Positions 17,131 to 25,085 of a stretch of DNA of 25,085 bases are shown here, piece after piece. The translations under genes and the position numbers were made by a program. Location: the NCBI GenBank assembly GCA_965662845.1, contig CBFIJD010000041.1, forward strand, positions 1 to 25,085, read 5' to 3'. Numbering within the stretch: the stretch's first letter is position 1; each line of letters opens with the position of its first letter. The notes beneath the pieces were generated by a model. It saw only the letters and a list, made by a program, of their open reading frames with translations. It searched no databases and was not told the origin of the DNA. Origin of the DNA: an uncultured bacterium. GTDB lineage: Bacteria; SAR324; NAC60-12.

Positions 17131-18557
17131 CCGAGATCCTTGACCTCAAGAGCGGCGAGTAACCGCTGATGGAGATTGTCAAATTTGCCATTGCTCATGA
17201 TCAAGATGATGTCTCCAGAGCAAGCCGTGGCGGTGAGATGCTCTAAGATTTCATCCGTGCTGGCAAACGCGCGCGCGTCTTTGTGATGCTGCTGGCGCAG
17301 GGTAGCCGCGACTTGTTGCACATTGAGTCGGCGTTCATCGGCAATGCCAGCGGCGCGATGCGGAGACGCGAGAACGACGTGATCAGCCTCAACAAAAGCC
17401 TCGGTGAGTTCTGGTTGGTGGATGTTGAGAACACTGGTGTTGCTGCGGGGTTCAAACACGGCAACGAGGCGATGGCCAGGGTGCTTTTGACGCAAGGCGC
17501 TCACGGTTTCTCGTACGGCTGTGGGGTGATGGGCGAAGTCGTCATAGACACGCACGTTGTTGATGTTCCCCCGTAACTCTTGGCGGCGTTTGATGCCCAC
17601 AAACTGAGAGAACGCCTCTTGAATCGTTTCGAAGGAGATCGCGTTGTGCTGAGCAAGAATGAGGACCGCCGTCGCGTTGCGAACGTTGTGGGTTCCAGTC
17701 AGAGGGACGAACCATTCCCGCTCATCGAAGAGAGCGCCTTTCACTTGAAAGAACGTCCCATGCTCACGCACGCGAATGTTCTGAATTTGGACGTCGCACT
17801 GCTCGCTCAGACCGAAGGTCATCACGGGGCTGTGGGCAGTCGCGAGCACTGGGCGCAAGTTTTCTTCGTCGCCGTTGGCCACAATGATCCCGTTGTTGGG
17901 AACCAGACGGAGCAACCATTTGAACGACTGTTGGATCTGCTCCAGAGACGCGAAGATGTCTGCGTGATCAAACTCAAGGTTATTGATGATGAGTTGATCG
18001 GGCTGGTAATGGAAAAATTTGGAGCGCTTGTCAAAGAAGGCTGTGTCATATTCGTCGCCTTCTGTGAGAAAAAACTCGGAGTCTCCCTCTGCGCAGCTGG
18101 TTCCTAAGTTTTCGGCGATGCCTCCGATCATGAAGCCAGGGTTGCGTTGCGCGTGAGTGAGCGTCCAAGCGAGCAGGGACGTGGTCGTGGTCTTACCGTG
18201 GGTTCCAGTGACGACAAGCGACGTGCGGCCACGGATGAAAAACTCGCGCAGCAGCTCCGCCATAGAGATGTAAGGCAAGCGTTGGGCAAGTGTTTCTTCC
18301 ACTTCTGGATTTCCGCGCGAGAGGGCATTGCCAATCACAATGAGATCGGGGTTGGGGCTTAGATTTTCTGCGGCAAAGCCTTCTTGTACAGGGATGTTGT
18401 GGCGATCAAGAAAGTCGCTCATCGGCGGATAGACATTCTGATCAGAGCCTGTGACTTGGTAACCTCTCTGTTGTAGGAGGACGGCCAGAGACCCCATCGC
18501 GGTGCCACAAATACCACTAAAGTGAATGTGATGAAGCGGAGTTTGCGTGTGAATCAT
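17127..18557 (-). CDS. mpl: UDP-N-acetylmuramate:L-Ala-gamma-D-Glu-meso-DAP ligase (murein peptide ligase)
   Basis: IHFSGICGTAMGSLA, GSDQNVYPPMS, GTHGKTTT, EGDEYDTAFFDKRSKF, EFDHADIF, DDFAHHPTA, EPRSNT, MSNG. Confidence 0.95.
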   Translation of the reverse strand: MIHTQTPLHHIHFSGICGTAMGSLAVLLQQRGYQVTGSDQNVYPPMSDFLDRHNIPVQEGFAAENLSPNPDLIVIGNALSRGNPEVEETLAQRLPYISMAELLREFFIRGRTSLVVTGTHGKTTTTSLLAWTLTHAQRNPGFMIGGIAENLGTSCAEGDSEFFLTEGDEYDTAFFDKRSKFFHYQPDQLIINNLEFDHADIFASLEQIQQSFKWLLRLVPNNGIIVANGDEENLRPVLATAHSPVMTFGLSEQCDVQIQNIRVREHGTFFQVKGALFDEREWFVPLTGTHNVRNATAVLILAQHNAISFETIQEAFSQFVGIKRRQELRGNINNVRVYDDFAHHPTAVRETVSALRQKHPGHRLVAVFEPRSNTSVLNIHQPELTEAFVEADHVVLASPHRAAGIADERRLNVQQVAATLRQQHHKDARAFASTDEILEHLTATACSGDIILIMSNGKFDNLHQRLLAALEVKDLG

Positions 18558-18640
18558 GAGTGGGCTACAAACGAGGCGCGAACGAGTTGTTGCGTGAAGG
18601 CATCAACAAAATTGCAGAAAACTTTTCAAAGTAGGAGAGC

Positions 18641-20152
18641 ATGCCAAACGAGGCGCAAGATACTGTGCAACAGCACTATGAGCAAGTGGCAGAATCATAT
18701 CGCGAGGCCTTCTTCTATGAGAATGCGTCCGACTATCAACATTGGCTGGTGCAACAAGTAATTGAAGCGTTGGATTTGCAGCCGAGTCGCTGGCTTTGTT
18801 CCATCGGCTGTGGAAATGGAGACTTTGCCGCGGCCCTAGCCGCGACGGCAAAGCTCAAGAATCCTGTTTGGGCGGTTGACCCCAGTAAGGAAATGCTAGA
18901 AGGTACAAAACGCCACTCGGCCTTGCTCTCGGTTGTAGCGGATGGAGTGGGCTTCGCGCATCAAAGCTATGTTTACGATTGCTGTCTGCTCAAAGAGGTC
19001 GTGCACCACCTGCCACATGCGGATTTGATACCACTATATTCTGGCATACAGCGCCAGCTAGTGCGCGATGGCCGCGTGTTGACCGTGACTCGTCCCCAAG
19101 AAGTGGATTACCCCTTCTTTCATGCCGCCTTGCAAAGTTGGAAGAAAGTGCAGGCCCCTTGGCAGCTGTATGTGGAGGCGCAAGAGCAAGTAGGCCTAAC
19201 GGTGGAAGTGCAACATCGTGTCTATCCGGTGCGCCTGCGCAAGCAACAGTGGCTTGAGATGTTAGCTAACCGCTTTTGGTCTCACTTGTCAGAGTTTACA
19301 GACGAAGAGCTCGCCTCTGGAGTTCAGGAAGTTGCGAAGAAATTTCGTGACCAAGACGTGTTGGAATTTGAAGATCGGTTAGTCTTTTTGGTGGGATCGC
19401 TCACTGAAGTTAATCGTCGCATATTTACGGTGCAGGAGAACAGGATGAACTTCGCGTTGATTCAAGGAATGGAACCGTCGCAGCGCAACTGGCTGGCGCA
19501 AGCTTTTGTCGGAATGATTGTGGCAGACGGGAAAGTCGAAGACCGAGAGCTGCCTTTTTTGCGGCAGGCTTTAGAATGGCCGACAGATAAGGCTTTGGTC
19601 GAAGACCTCATGAGAGTCGTGCGGCTAGAGAAGAAAATGCGTCTTCCCACACAAATCGAGATGGATGCGAAGGACTCTTTCGAAGTGTTAAAGATGCTGG
19701 CGGGAGTAATGATCAGTGATGGCCGACTGTCACCGAGCGAAATCCACTTTTTCTACAAGGTCGGGCAAACCTTGAGAATGCCTGAAAACACACTTGAGAC
19801 CCTGTGGAAAACTGCTCGCAAAGAGCTTGAGGATCAGTGCCCCAAAGCGATTGTGCGCATTGGACAAGAGAAGAAGGTGGTGGCTCTGCAAAATGTGACG
19901 AGAGAGAGAGTCACGTTTCGATATCACCGCCCCGTAGTCAAGGGGGCCCACGGGTCTCTCAACATTCAGCGCTACACCGAGAGTGGCGACCCCGAGCTAG
20001 AGGGAGATTGGTACGCTTCCTTACACGGTCAAGTTTTGTCAACAAACGTACATGCGCGAGATGAGGAGAGCTTTGTGCTGAGGTTTGAATTCACTCAGTC
20101 TATCCGAGAGGATCACGGGCTAATGCAGCTGCTCGGGGTGCCCTTTGGGTGA
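18641..20152 (+). CDS. Class I SAM-dependent methyltransferase fused to a TerB-like helical region and a C-terminal beta-rich domain
   Basis: AGGAG RBS. SIGCGNG, VDPSKEML, LLKEVVHH mark the methyltransferase. The second half has two TerB-like repeats (MIVADGKVEDRE, VMISDGRLSPSE). There is an internal RBS+ATG at 19445. Confidence 0.75.
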   Translation: MPNEAQDTVQQHYEQVAESYREAFFYENASDYQHWLVQQVIEALDLQPSRWLCSIGCGNGDFAAALAATAKLKNPVWAVDPSKEMLEGTKRHSALLSVVADGVGFAHQSYVYDCCLLKEVVHHLPHADLIPLYSGIQRQLVRDGRVLTVTRPQEVDYPFFHAALQSWKKVQAPWQLYVEAQEQVGLTVEVQHRVYPVRLRKQQWLEMLANRFWSHLSEFTDEELASGVQEVAKKFRDQDVLEFEDRLVFLVGSLTEVNRRIFTVQENRMNFALIQGMEPSQRNWLAQAFVGMIVADGKVEDRELPFLRQALEWPTDKALVEDLMRVVRLEKKMRLPTQIEMDAKDSFEVLKMLAGVMISDGRLSPSEIHFFYKVGQTLRMPENTLETLWKTARKELEDQCPKAIVRIGQEKKVVALQNVTRERVTFRYHRPVVKGAHGSLNIQRYTESGDPELEGDWYASLHGQVLSTNVHARDEESFVLRFEFTQSIREDHGLMQLLGVPFG

Positions 20153-20182
20153 GGGAGAGAAGTCTTTTCGGGAGGTAAGTGC

Positions 20183-20215
20183 AGGCGCTCTCTGTGCGGA
20201 AAGCGCCTTTCTTTG
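20183..20215 (+). terminator. Probable intrinsic terminator between convergent genes
   Basis: AGGCGCT (20183-20189) pairs with AGCGCCT (20202-20208), followed by TTCTTT. Confidence 0.6.
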
Positions 20216-20230
20216 AGGAGGAGACTGAAC

Positions 20231-21511
20231 TCAGTGACCGTGCCACGACTTGCAGAGGTGCTTGTCAGAGATGGGCAGCCACGGGACTCGTTCTAAAAAT
20301 GCGATGTAGCATAGAAAGAAAGCTCCGCCAAAACCCAGCGTGATGAACAGCTCATGGAATCCGAGGAGAATGTGGTAGTGGCCGTAGTGCTGGAGTGACG
20401 GAACTACCATCATATAGATTGCCATCCATTGTCCCACCGCAACGTAGATTCCCATAAAGCGAACATAGTTGGGAATGCGACACAACGTTTTTGGCATCAA
20501 GCCGAGAAAGACAGACACAAACAACCACACGAAGATGATGAAGAAGAGTGTTGCCCAAGGCTCTGTTCGGGAGCGGATGATCAAGTAAGGCGTCTCTTCG
20601 GGCAAGTCTGCATACCAAATCACGATGTACTGCGAGAAGGCCATGTAGGTCCAGAGCAGTGAAAAGGCAAAAATAAGTTTTGCCAAGTCGTGTAGACGGT
20701 TGATCGTGATGTATTCGGCAAAAACCTTTGAATTGTTACGAACCGTGACTGCGATTGCGATGATAATCCCCATAGCCGCTTGGAGATTGCCGACCAAGAA
20801 GAAGACACCAAACAGGGTGCTGAACCACTCTTGATCGAGTGTCATCACAAAATCCCAAGCCAGAAAAGACCCGCCAACCCCATAGAGCAAAGCTAGCGCG
20901 GGAGCCAGTTTCTGAGAGAGTTGCTCTAGTCGCTTTACTTCATCTTCTTGCTCGCCATAGCCGTCCAATAATTTGTCTGCTAACGCTCCGCCCCAACGTG
21001 ATCCCATAATCTTACGTGCTAGGCCGATATCGGGGCGGATCGAAGTGACGACGAACCAATAAGAGATCCCGTAGAGCAGCAGTAGCCAGAAAATGTTGCG
21101 CACTACGAAGAAGTGGATGTTGAGCCAATCTTCCTTAACCGCGACGCCGTGGTGCAAGAAGGGAGTGTGAGTCCACTCGTAGAGAACATGGCTTCCGAAG
21201 AAAACTAAGATGAACATCGCGAAGGCAATTGGAAGAAAAGCTCCGCAGGCTTCCGCGAGACGCTTAAAAGGGCGTCCCCACTTGGCATCTGTGATCTGCC
21301 AAATAACGGAGAGAATGACGCCAGCTTGCGCGATTCCCCCCCAGAACATCACGTTGATCAGCAGAGTTTGCCAAGTGCGCGTGACTCCTTCTTCGTTGCC
21401 GGTGGCCAAGCCAACCACAAACATTCCGGCTCCAATCACAACGAAAGCCCACATCAGCATTTTCAAATTTTTAGGTAGTTCAACTTGTGAACTTTCAATA
21501 ATTGCTTTCAT
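20231..21511 (-). CDS. actF: Alternative complex III membrane subunit ActF
   Basis: About 10 TM helices; WGRPFKRLAEA, DFVMTLDQEWFSTLFG, HDLAKL, WTYMAFSQYIVIWYADLPEET; position after actE. Confidence 0.88.
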   Translation of the reverse strand: MKAIIESSQVELPKNLKMLMWAFVVIGAGMFVVGLATGNEEGVTRTWQTLLINVMFWGGIAQAGVILSVIWQITDAKWGRPFKRLAEACGAFLPIAFAMFILVFFGSHVLYEWTHTPFLHHGVAVKEDWLNIHFFVVRNIFWLLLLYGISYWFVVTSIRPDIGLARKIMGSRWGGALADKLLDGYGEQEDEVKRLEQLSQKLAPALALLYGVGGSFLAWDFVMTLDQEWFSTLFGVFFLVGNLQAAMGIIIAIAVTVRNNSKVFAEYITINRLHDLAKLIFAFSLLWTYMAFSQYIVIWYADLPEETPYLIIRSRTEPWATLFFIIFVWLFVSVFLGLMPKTLCRIPNYVRFMGIYVAVGQWMAIYMMVVPSLQHYGHYHILLGFHELFITLGFGGAFFLCYIAFLERVPWLPISDKHLCKSWHGH

Positions 21512-22185
21512 TGTCCAGTCCCTTTACCGAAGGCGTCGCTCATCATGTAGTTGACCATGTCCCAGCGGTCGAGCACGGAGGTCTGAGCCCCATATGCTGG
21601 CATGTAACCACGGGGTTCCTGATAGAAACTGCCGTATTTGATCTTGTTGTAGAGGTGGGGGCCCCAGTTGGGGTTTTGAACCATCAGATGTATGGCTGGA
21701 GCGGGAACGCCTTTTTCGACAACGACGGTTTTCGCTTGGCCGTCCTCACCATGGCAAGCGGCGCAGTATGTGTTGTAAAGCACGCGACCGCGCTCAATCG
21801 ATACCGCTGTAGCCTGAGTTGGATTACGCGGATAAAACTCCCTCGGGTGGCCTTCGGGACCTGCTCCATCGCCGGCAATTGCTGGAACAAAAGGATCGTA
21901 GATTCGCTCAATTTTGTTGAGTGTAACTTTTACTGGTACTGAGCCTTCCGGGAACTTTTCGTAAGATCCTTCTTCCTGAGCTTTCAGGCTCTTTCCGTCA
22001 TACATATCTCGGAAAAAGGGATAGTCGGTGCCGTCAAACCACGGGTTCTCATCGTTGGTAATATTGTATCCCGTATCCTTCGGATCAAAGTACGGGTAAT
22101 TGTCTACGGCCCAAGCCGCTGCTGTACCCACGGCCAGTAACGCCGTGCTGAGAGCAGCGACGCGCAATTTAGCCTTTTTCAACAT
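21508..22185 (-). CDS. actE: Alternative complex III monoheme cytochrome c ActE
   Basis: Signal peptide, DM...S.KAQE, PEGSVP, YCAACHG, MPAYG (distal Met), DRW.V.Y; between actD and actF. Confidence 0.82.
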   Translation of the reverse strand: MLKKAKLRVAALSTALLAVGTAAAWAVDNYPYFDPKDTGYNITNDENPWFDGTDYPFFRDMYDGKSLKAQEEGSYEKFPEGSVPVKVTLNKIERIYDPFVPAIAGDGAGPEGHPREFYPRNPTQATAVSIERGRVLYNTYCAACHGEDGQAKTVVVEKGVPAPAIHLMVQNPNWGPHLYNKIKYGSFYQEPRGYMPAYGAQTSVLDRWDMVNYMMSDAFGKGTGQ

Positions 22186-22693
22186 AGACCTCCTCGGCGT
22201 GATGTTTTTTCAACAACTCTTCGAAAATGTTTTGTTGGGATGGCTCACAGCGTACAACCACACCGAAACGATCGCGCTGAAAACGCAAGTACTCAGTTGC
22301 TCGCTTAGGGAGTGGATTTTTGAGCGTGTCAATCGTACAGAGGACAATAATCCCCAACAAAGTGAACAGCGCAGCGTGCAGGATCGTCAACTCAAAGCCA
22401 ATCACCGTGAACGCTGGAATTGAGAGGATGGGTTTGCCCCCGACTGGAAGCACCCAGTCCGCAGCCGTCCAAGCGGTGAAGCTATAGCCGACAAAGCATC
22501 CCAGGGCTCCGAAGAACAAGGTTATGAAGGGGATGGGACTCTGCGGTTCGCCCAACGCATGGTCAATTTCATGACGGGGACACGGAGAAATCACCGTAGG
22601 TTGAATGCCTTTCTTGCGAATTTCTTCGATGGCTTCTGTGGTATCGTCTAGGTACTCAAAAGTGCCCCAAACTCCGTTAAACTTAGTGCTCAT
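22169..22693 (-). CDS. actD: Alternative complex III subunit ActD (DUF3341)
   Basis: SPCPRHEID, two TM helices, VGGKP, PAFTVIGFELTIL; overlaps the actC stop. Confidence 0.88.
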   Translation of the reverse strand: MSTKFNGVWGTFEYLDDTTEAIEEIRKKGIQPTVISPCPRHEIDHALGEPQSPIPFITLFFGALGCFVGYSFTAWTAADWVLPVGGKPILSIPAFTVIGFELTILHAALFTLLGIIVLCTIDTLKNPLPKRATEYLRFQRDRFGVVVRCEPSQQNIFEELLKKHHAEEVYVEKG

Positions 22694-24158
22694 GACTATG
22701 TCCCTTTCTCATTGGCGGCATTGCTGCTTCTTTCAATTCCATAATTGCCATTGGCGGCAATGACTTCATGAACAAACTGAACAGAGTGAAGAAGAATCCG
22801 AAGCTACCGATTGTGATCCCGACCTCTACTAGAGTTGGCCAGTATTCCCCCCAGTTGTGTGGGTGGAAGTCACGTTGCAGAGAGCTACCGACGATGTTGA
22901 AGCGTTCGAACCACATGCCCACATTGATCAAAGCGCAGATGATCCAGACGGCCGTCAGGTTGAAGCGAACTTTTTTACGCCAGAGCGGAATTGGCGCGAT
23001 CACGTTACAAAAGACCATCAGGTAGAAGGCAATCACGGGGAACGAGATTGGTTGATCGCCGGTTAGCGACCAAGAGGCTAGGTGCCCGAAAGGTCGGAAG
23101 TAAAAGATGGCTCGTTCGTAGGGGCTCCCGCTATACCAAGCGATGAAAAATTCCGTCGCGTAAGCGTAGCCAACGATCAATGAGGTGAAGATGATCACCT
23201 GACAAACTTTGTTGATGACGTGATCACTGATGTAGTCCTCAAGTCGAAACACGATGCGGACAGGAATGAGCACGGTCATGACCATCGCCATCCCTGAAAA
23301 GATCGCGCCTGCCACGAAGTAGGGAGCAAAGATCGTGGTGTGCCATCCGGCGATGGACGACATCGCAAAGTCCCAAGAAACGATGGAGTGTACTGAGAAG
23401 ACGAGGGGGGTAGCTAAGGCAGCAAAGAGCAGGTAACCGCGCATGTAGTGTACCCACTGGTGATTAGTGCCTCTCCAGCTCAGGGCAAACACCGCGTAAA
23501 TTTTCGCCTTCAGCATTTGGCCTTTGCGGCGTGCTTCATCGCGCAAGATTGCCATATCTGGCACCAGTCCTAGCAAGAAGAACATGATGGAGACAGACAT
23601 GTAGGTACTTACCGCGAAGACATCCCAAGCGAGAGGAGATTTGAAGTTCACCCAGAGGTACCGCTCGTTTGGATAAGGAATCAGCCAGTAGGTGAGCCAA
23701 GGACGCCCCGTGTGCAATAGCGGGAAGAGGCCCGCTGTCATCACCGCAAAGACGGTCATTGCTTCCGCACTGCGATAAATCGCGGTTCTCCAAGGTGCTC
23801 GTGTCAGGTAGAACACGGCAGAGATGAGCGTTCCCGCGTGGCCAATCCCGACCCAGAAGACGAAATCCGTAATGTAAAAACCCCACGCGATGGGGTGGCT
23901 GATACCGCTGTAGCCAATGCCAACATCGACCTGAATGGCCAAGCTGACTGCTCCAAGGAGCAAAGCGGACAAGAAGCCAAGAATGAGCAAGAAATATGAA
24001 GGATGTGGTTTCTCCAACATCTCTATCATGTCGTCATTGATCTGGGCATAGCTCAGGGTCGTCGCACGAATCCCTGGATGCCCCGCGTGTTCATCTATGT
24101 CCTCCCGATAGGGGCGAACCCCATCGGAGAGCGTCTCTGCGACGGTTGTTACAGCCAT
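22683..24158 (-). CDS. actC: Alternative complex III quinol-binding subunit ActC (NrfD/PsrC family)
   Basis: WGFYITDFVFWVGIGHAGTLISA, RSAEAMT, HTGRPW, SPLAWD, SVHSIVSWDFA, GWHTTIFAPYFVAGAIFSG, GMWFERF. Confidence 0.93.
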   Translation of the reverse strand: MAVTTVAETLSDGVRPYREDIDEHAGHPGIRATTLSYAQINDDMIEMLEKPHPSYFLLILGFLSALLLGAVSLAIQVDVGIGYSGISHPIAWGFYITDFVFWVGIGHAGTLISAVFYLTRAPWRTAIYRSAEAMTVFAVMTAGLFPLLHTGRPWLTYWLIPYPNERYLWVNFKSPLAWDVFAVSTYMSVSIMFFLLGLVPDMAILRDEARRKGQMLKAKIYAVFALSWRGTNHQWVHYMRGYLLFAALATPLVFSVHSIVSWDFAMSSIAGWHTTIFAPYFVAGAIFSGMAMVMTVLIPVRIVFRLEDYISDHVINKVCQVIIFTSLIVGYAYATEFFIAWYSGSPYERAIFYFRPFGHLASWSLTGDQPISFPVIAFYLMVFCNVIAPIPLWRKKVRFNLTAVWIICALINVGMWFERFNIVGSSLQRDFHPHNWGEYWPTLVEVGITIGSFGFFFTLFSLFMKSLPPMAIMELKEAAMPPMRKGHSHEH

Positions 24159-24191
24159 GAGTTTCTCCTGTAATTACAATAGGGCGACAAC

Positions 24192-25085
24192 TCAGTGCTG
24201 AGTTGCGTCGGACGATGAATGATCAGCGCCGTGCGCCGAACCGTGAAGCCCTGCGACCTCCCGATGGTTCACCTTACGGAGATAGGTCACGGCAGGTTTG
24301 TAGTTCATTTCTGGGAATAGTTCGTATTGTCGATCTCGATGTTCCTGATCATTCCGTTTCGCGAGCTGAGAAACTTTGCTATCAGGATCCGATAAGTTGC
24401 CGAACGTGATGGCTTTGGTGGGGCAAGTCTGCTGACACGCAACGGTGACTTCACCGTCTTGCACGTTTCGTCCTTGCTCATTGGCGGCAAACTTAGCTTC
24501 TGTGAGGCGGTGCACACAGAAGTTACACTTTTCCATGACACCGACAGCGCGGGTCGTGATTGTGGAGTTGAGCTGCTGGTCGAGAGGAGCGGGGAACTGA
24601 TAGTCGAACCAGTTGTAGCGTCGAGCTTTGTAGATGCAGTTGTTTGAGCAGTAGCGTGTTCCAACACAGCGGTTGTAGATCATCGCATTTAGCCCTTCGG
24701 GGTTGTGATAGGTCGCGTATACGGGGCAAACCGGCTCACATCCAGCGTTGCTGCATTGCTGACACATGACGGGCGCGAAACGAGTCTCGGCCTCGTCTTG
24801 GTAGCCTTCAATGTAGCGTTCTAGGCGAATCCATGACATCTCACGCCCGACTCCTGTCCGCTCTTTGCCAACCACTGGGATGTTGTTTTCTGAGTAGCAA
24901 GCCACGATACAGGCGCTGCAGCCATTACACCGGTCTAGGTCAATGGCCATCCCCCAGCGGTAAGGCTTGTAATAACCAGCCGTTTCTGAGCGCTCTGGAT
25001 AAAATTCCAACAATTCATAAGGTCGGCTGTGACCTCCTCCATGGTGTCCATCGGAGTGGGACAGTGCAGCCACCGTCGTTGCTCC
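24192..25085 (-). CDS. actB: Alternative complex III ActB, C-terminal Fe-S domain (5'-truncated by window edge)
   Basis: RWGMAIDLDRCNGCSACIVAC, CQQCSNAGCEPVCP, RCVGTRYCSNNC, GVMEKCNFC, ACQQTCP. The frame stays open to the window end. Confidence 0.9.
   Translation of the reverse strand, partial: GATTVAALSHSDGHHGGGHSRPYELLEFYPERSETAGYYKPYRWGMAIDLDRCNGCSACIVACYSENNIPVVGKERTGVGREMSWIRLERYIEGYQDEAETRFAPVMCQQCSNAGCEPVCPVYATYHNPEGLNAMIYNRCVGTRYCSNNCIYKARRYNWFDYQFPAPLDQQLNSTITTRAVGVMEKCNFCVHRLTEAKFAANEQGRNVQDGEVTVACQQTCPTKAITFGNLSDPDSKVSQLAKRNDQEHRDRQYELFPEMNYKPAVTYLRKVNHREVAGLHGSAHGADHSSSDATQH

Noticed and set aside
22683..25085. Interpretation as Qrc, Nrf or polysulfide reductase
   Set aside because: The following DUF3341, monoheme cytochrome and second NrfD-like subunit match the actCDEF order of alternative complex III.

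Overview
Bacterial chromosomal window of roughly 50-58% GC, almost entirely coded on the minus strand. I found no rRNA, tRNA, CRISPR array or transposase. The gene content tentatively suggests a marine diderm such as SAR324 (inference only). In transcription order (right to left): (1) the distal part of an alternative complex III operon (partial actB, then actC-actD-actE-actF); (2) one plus-strand ORF joining a SAM methyltransferase to a TerB-like module; (3) mpl, an FGE-sulfatase-domain protein, a DUF4105/Lnb-domain probable outer-membrane protein, a TauE/SafE permease and a small membrane protein; (4) a metal/heme block with a class II cytochrome c, a Cys/His-rich ORF carrying a RAPP motif, DUF411, ccmF, ccmG and a TPR protein; (5) four tandem exported phosphoesterases: PhoD, a divergent PhoX-like enzyme, a 5'-nucleotidase/choice-of-anchor-I fusion and a second, truncated 5'-nucleotidase paralog. 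The most notable signals are a strong excess of D-N-x-S/T motifs in the exported phosphatases (candidate N-glycosylation with an unusual extended sequon), an acidic lipoprotein leader shared by non-homologous enzymes, a 30-bp-periodic TTGTYAGRAAA repeat upstream of phoD, and a candidate metal-sensing RAPP arrest peptide.
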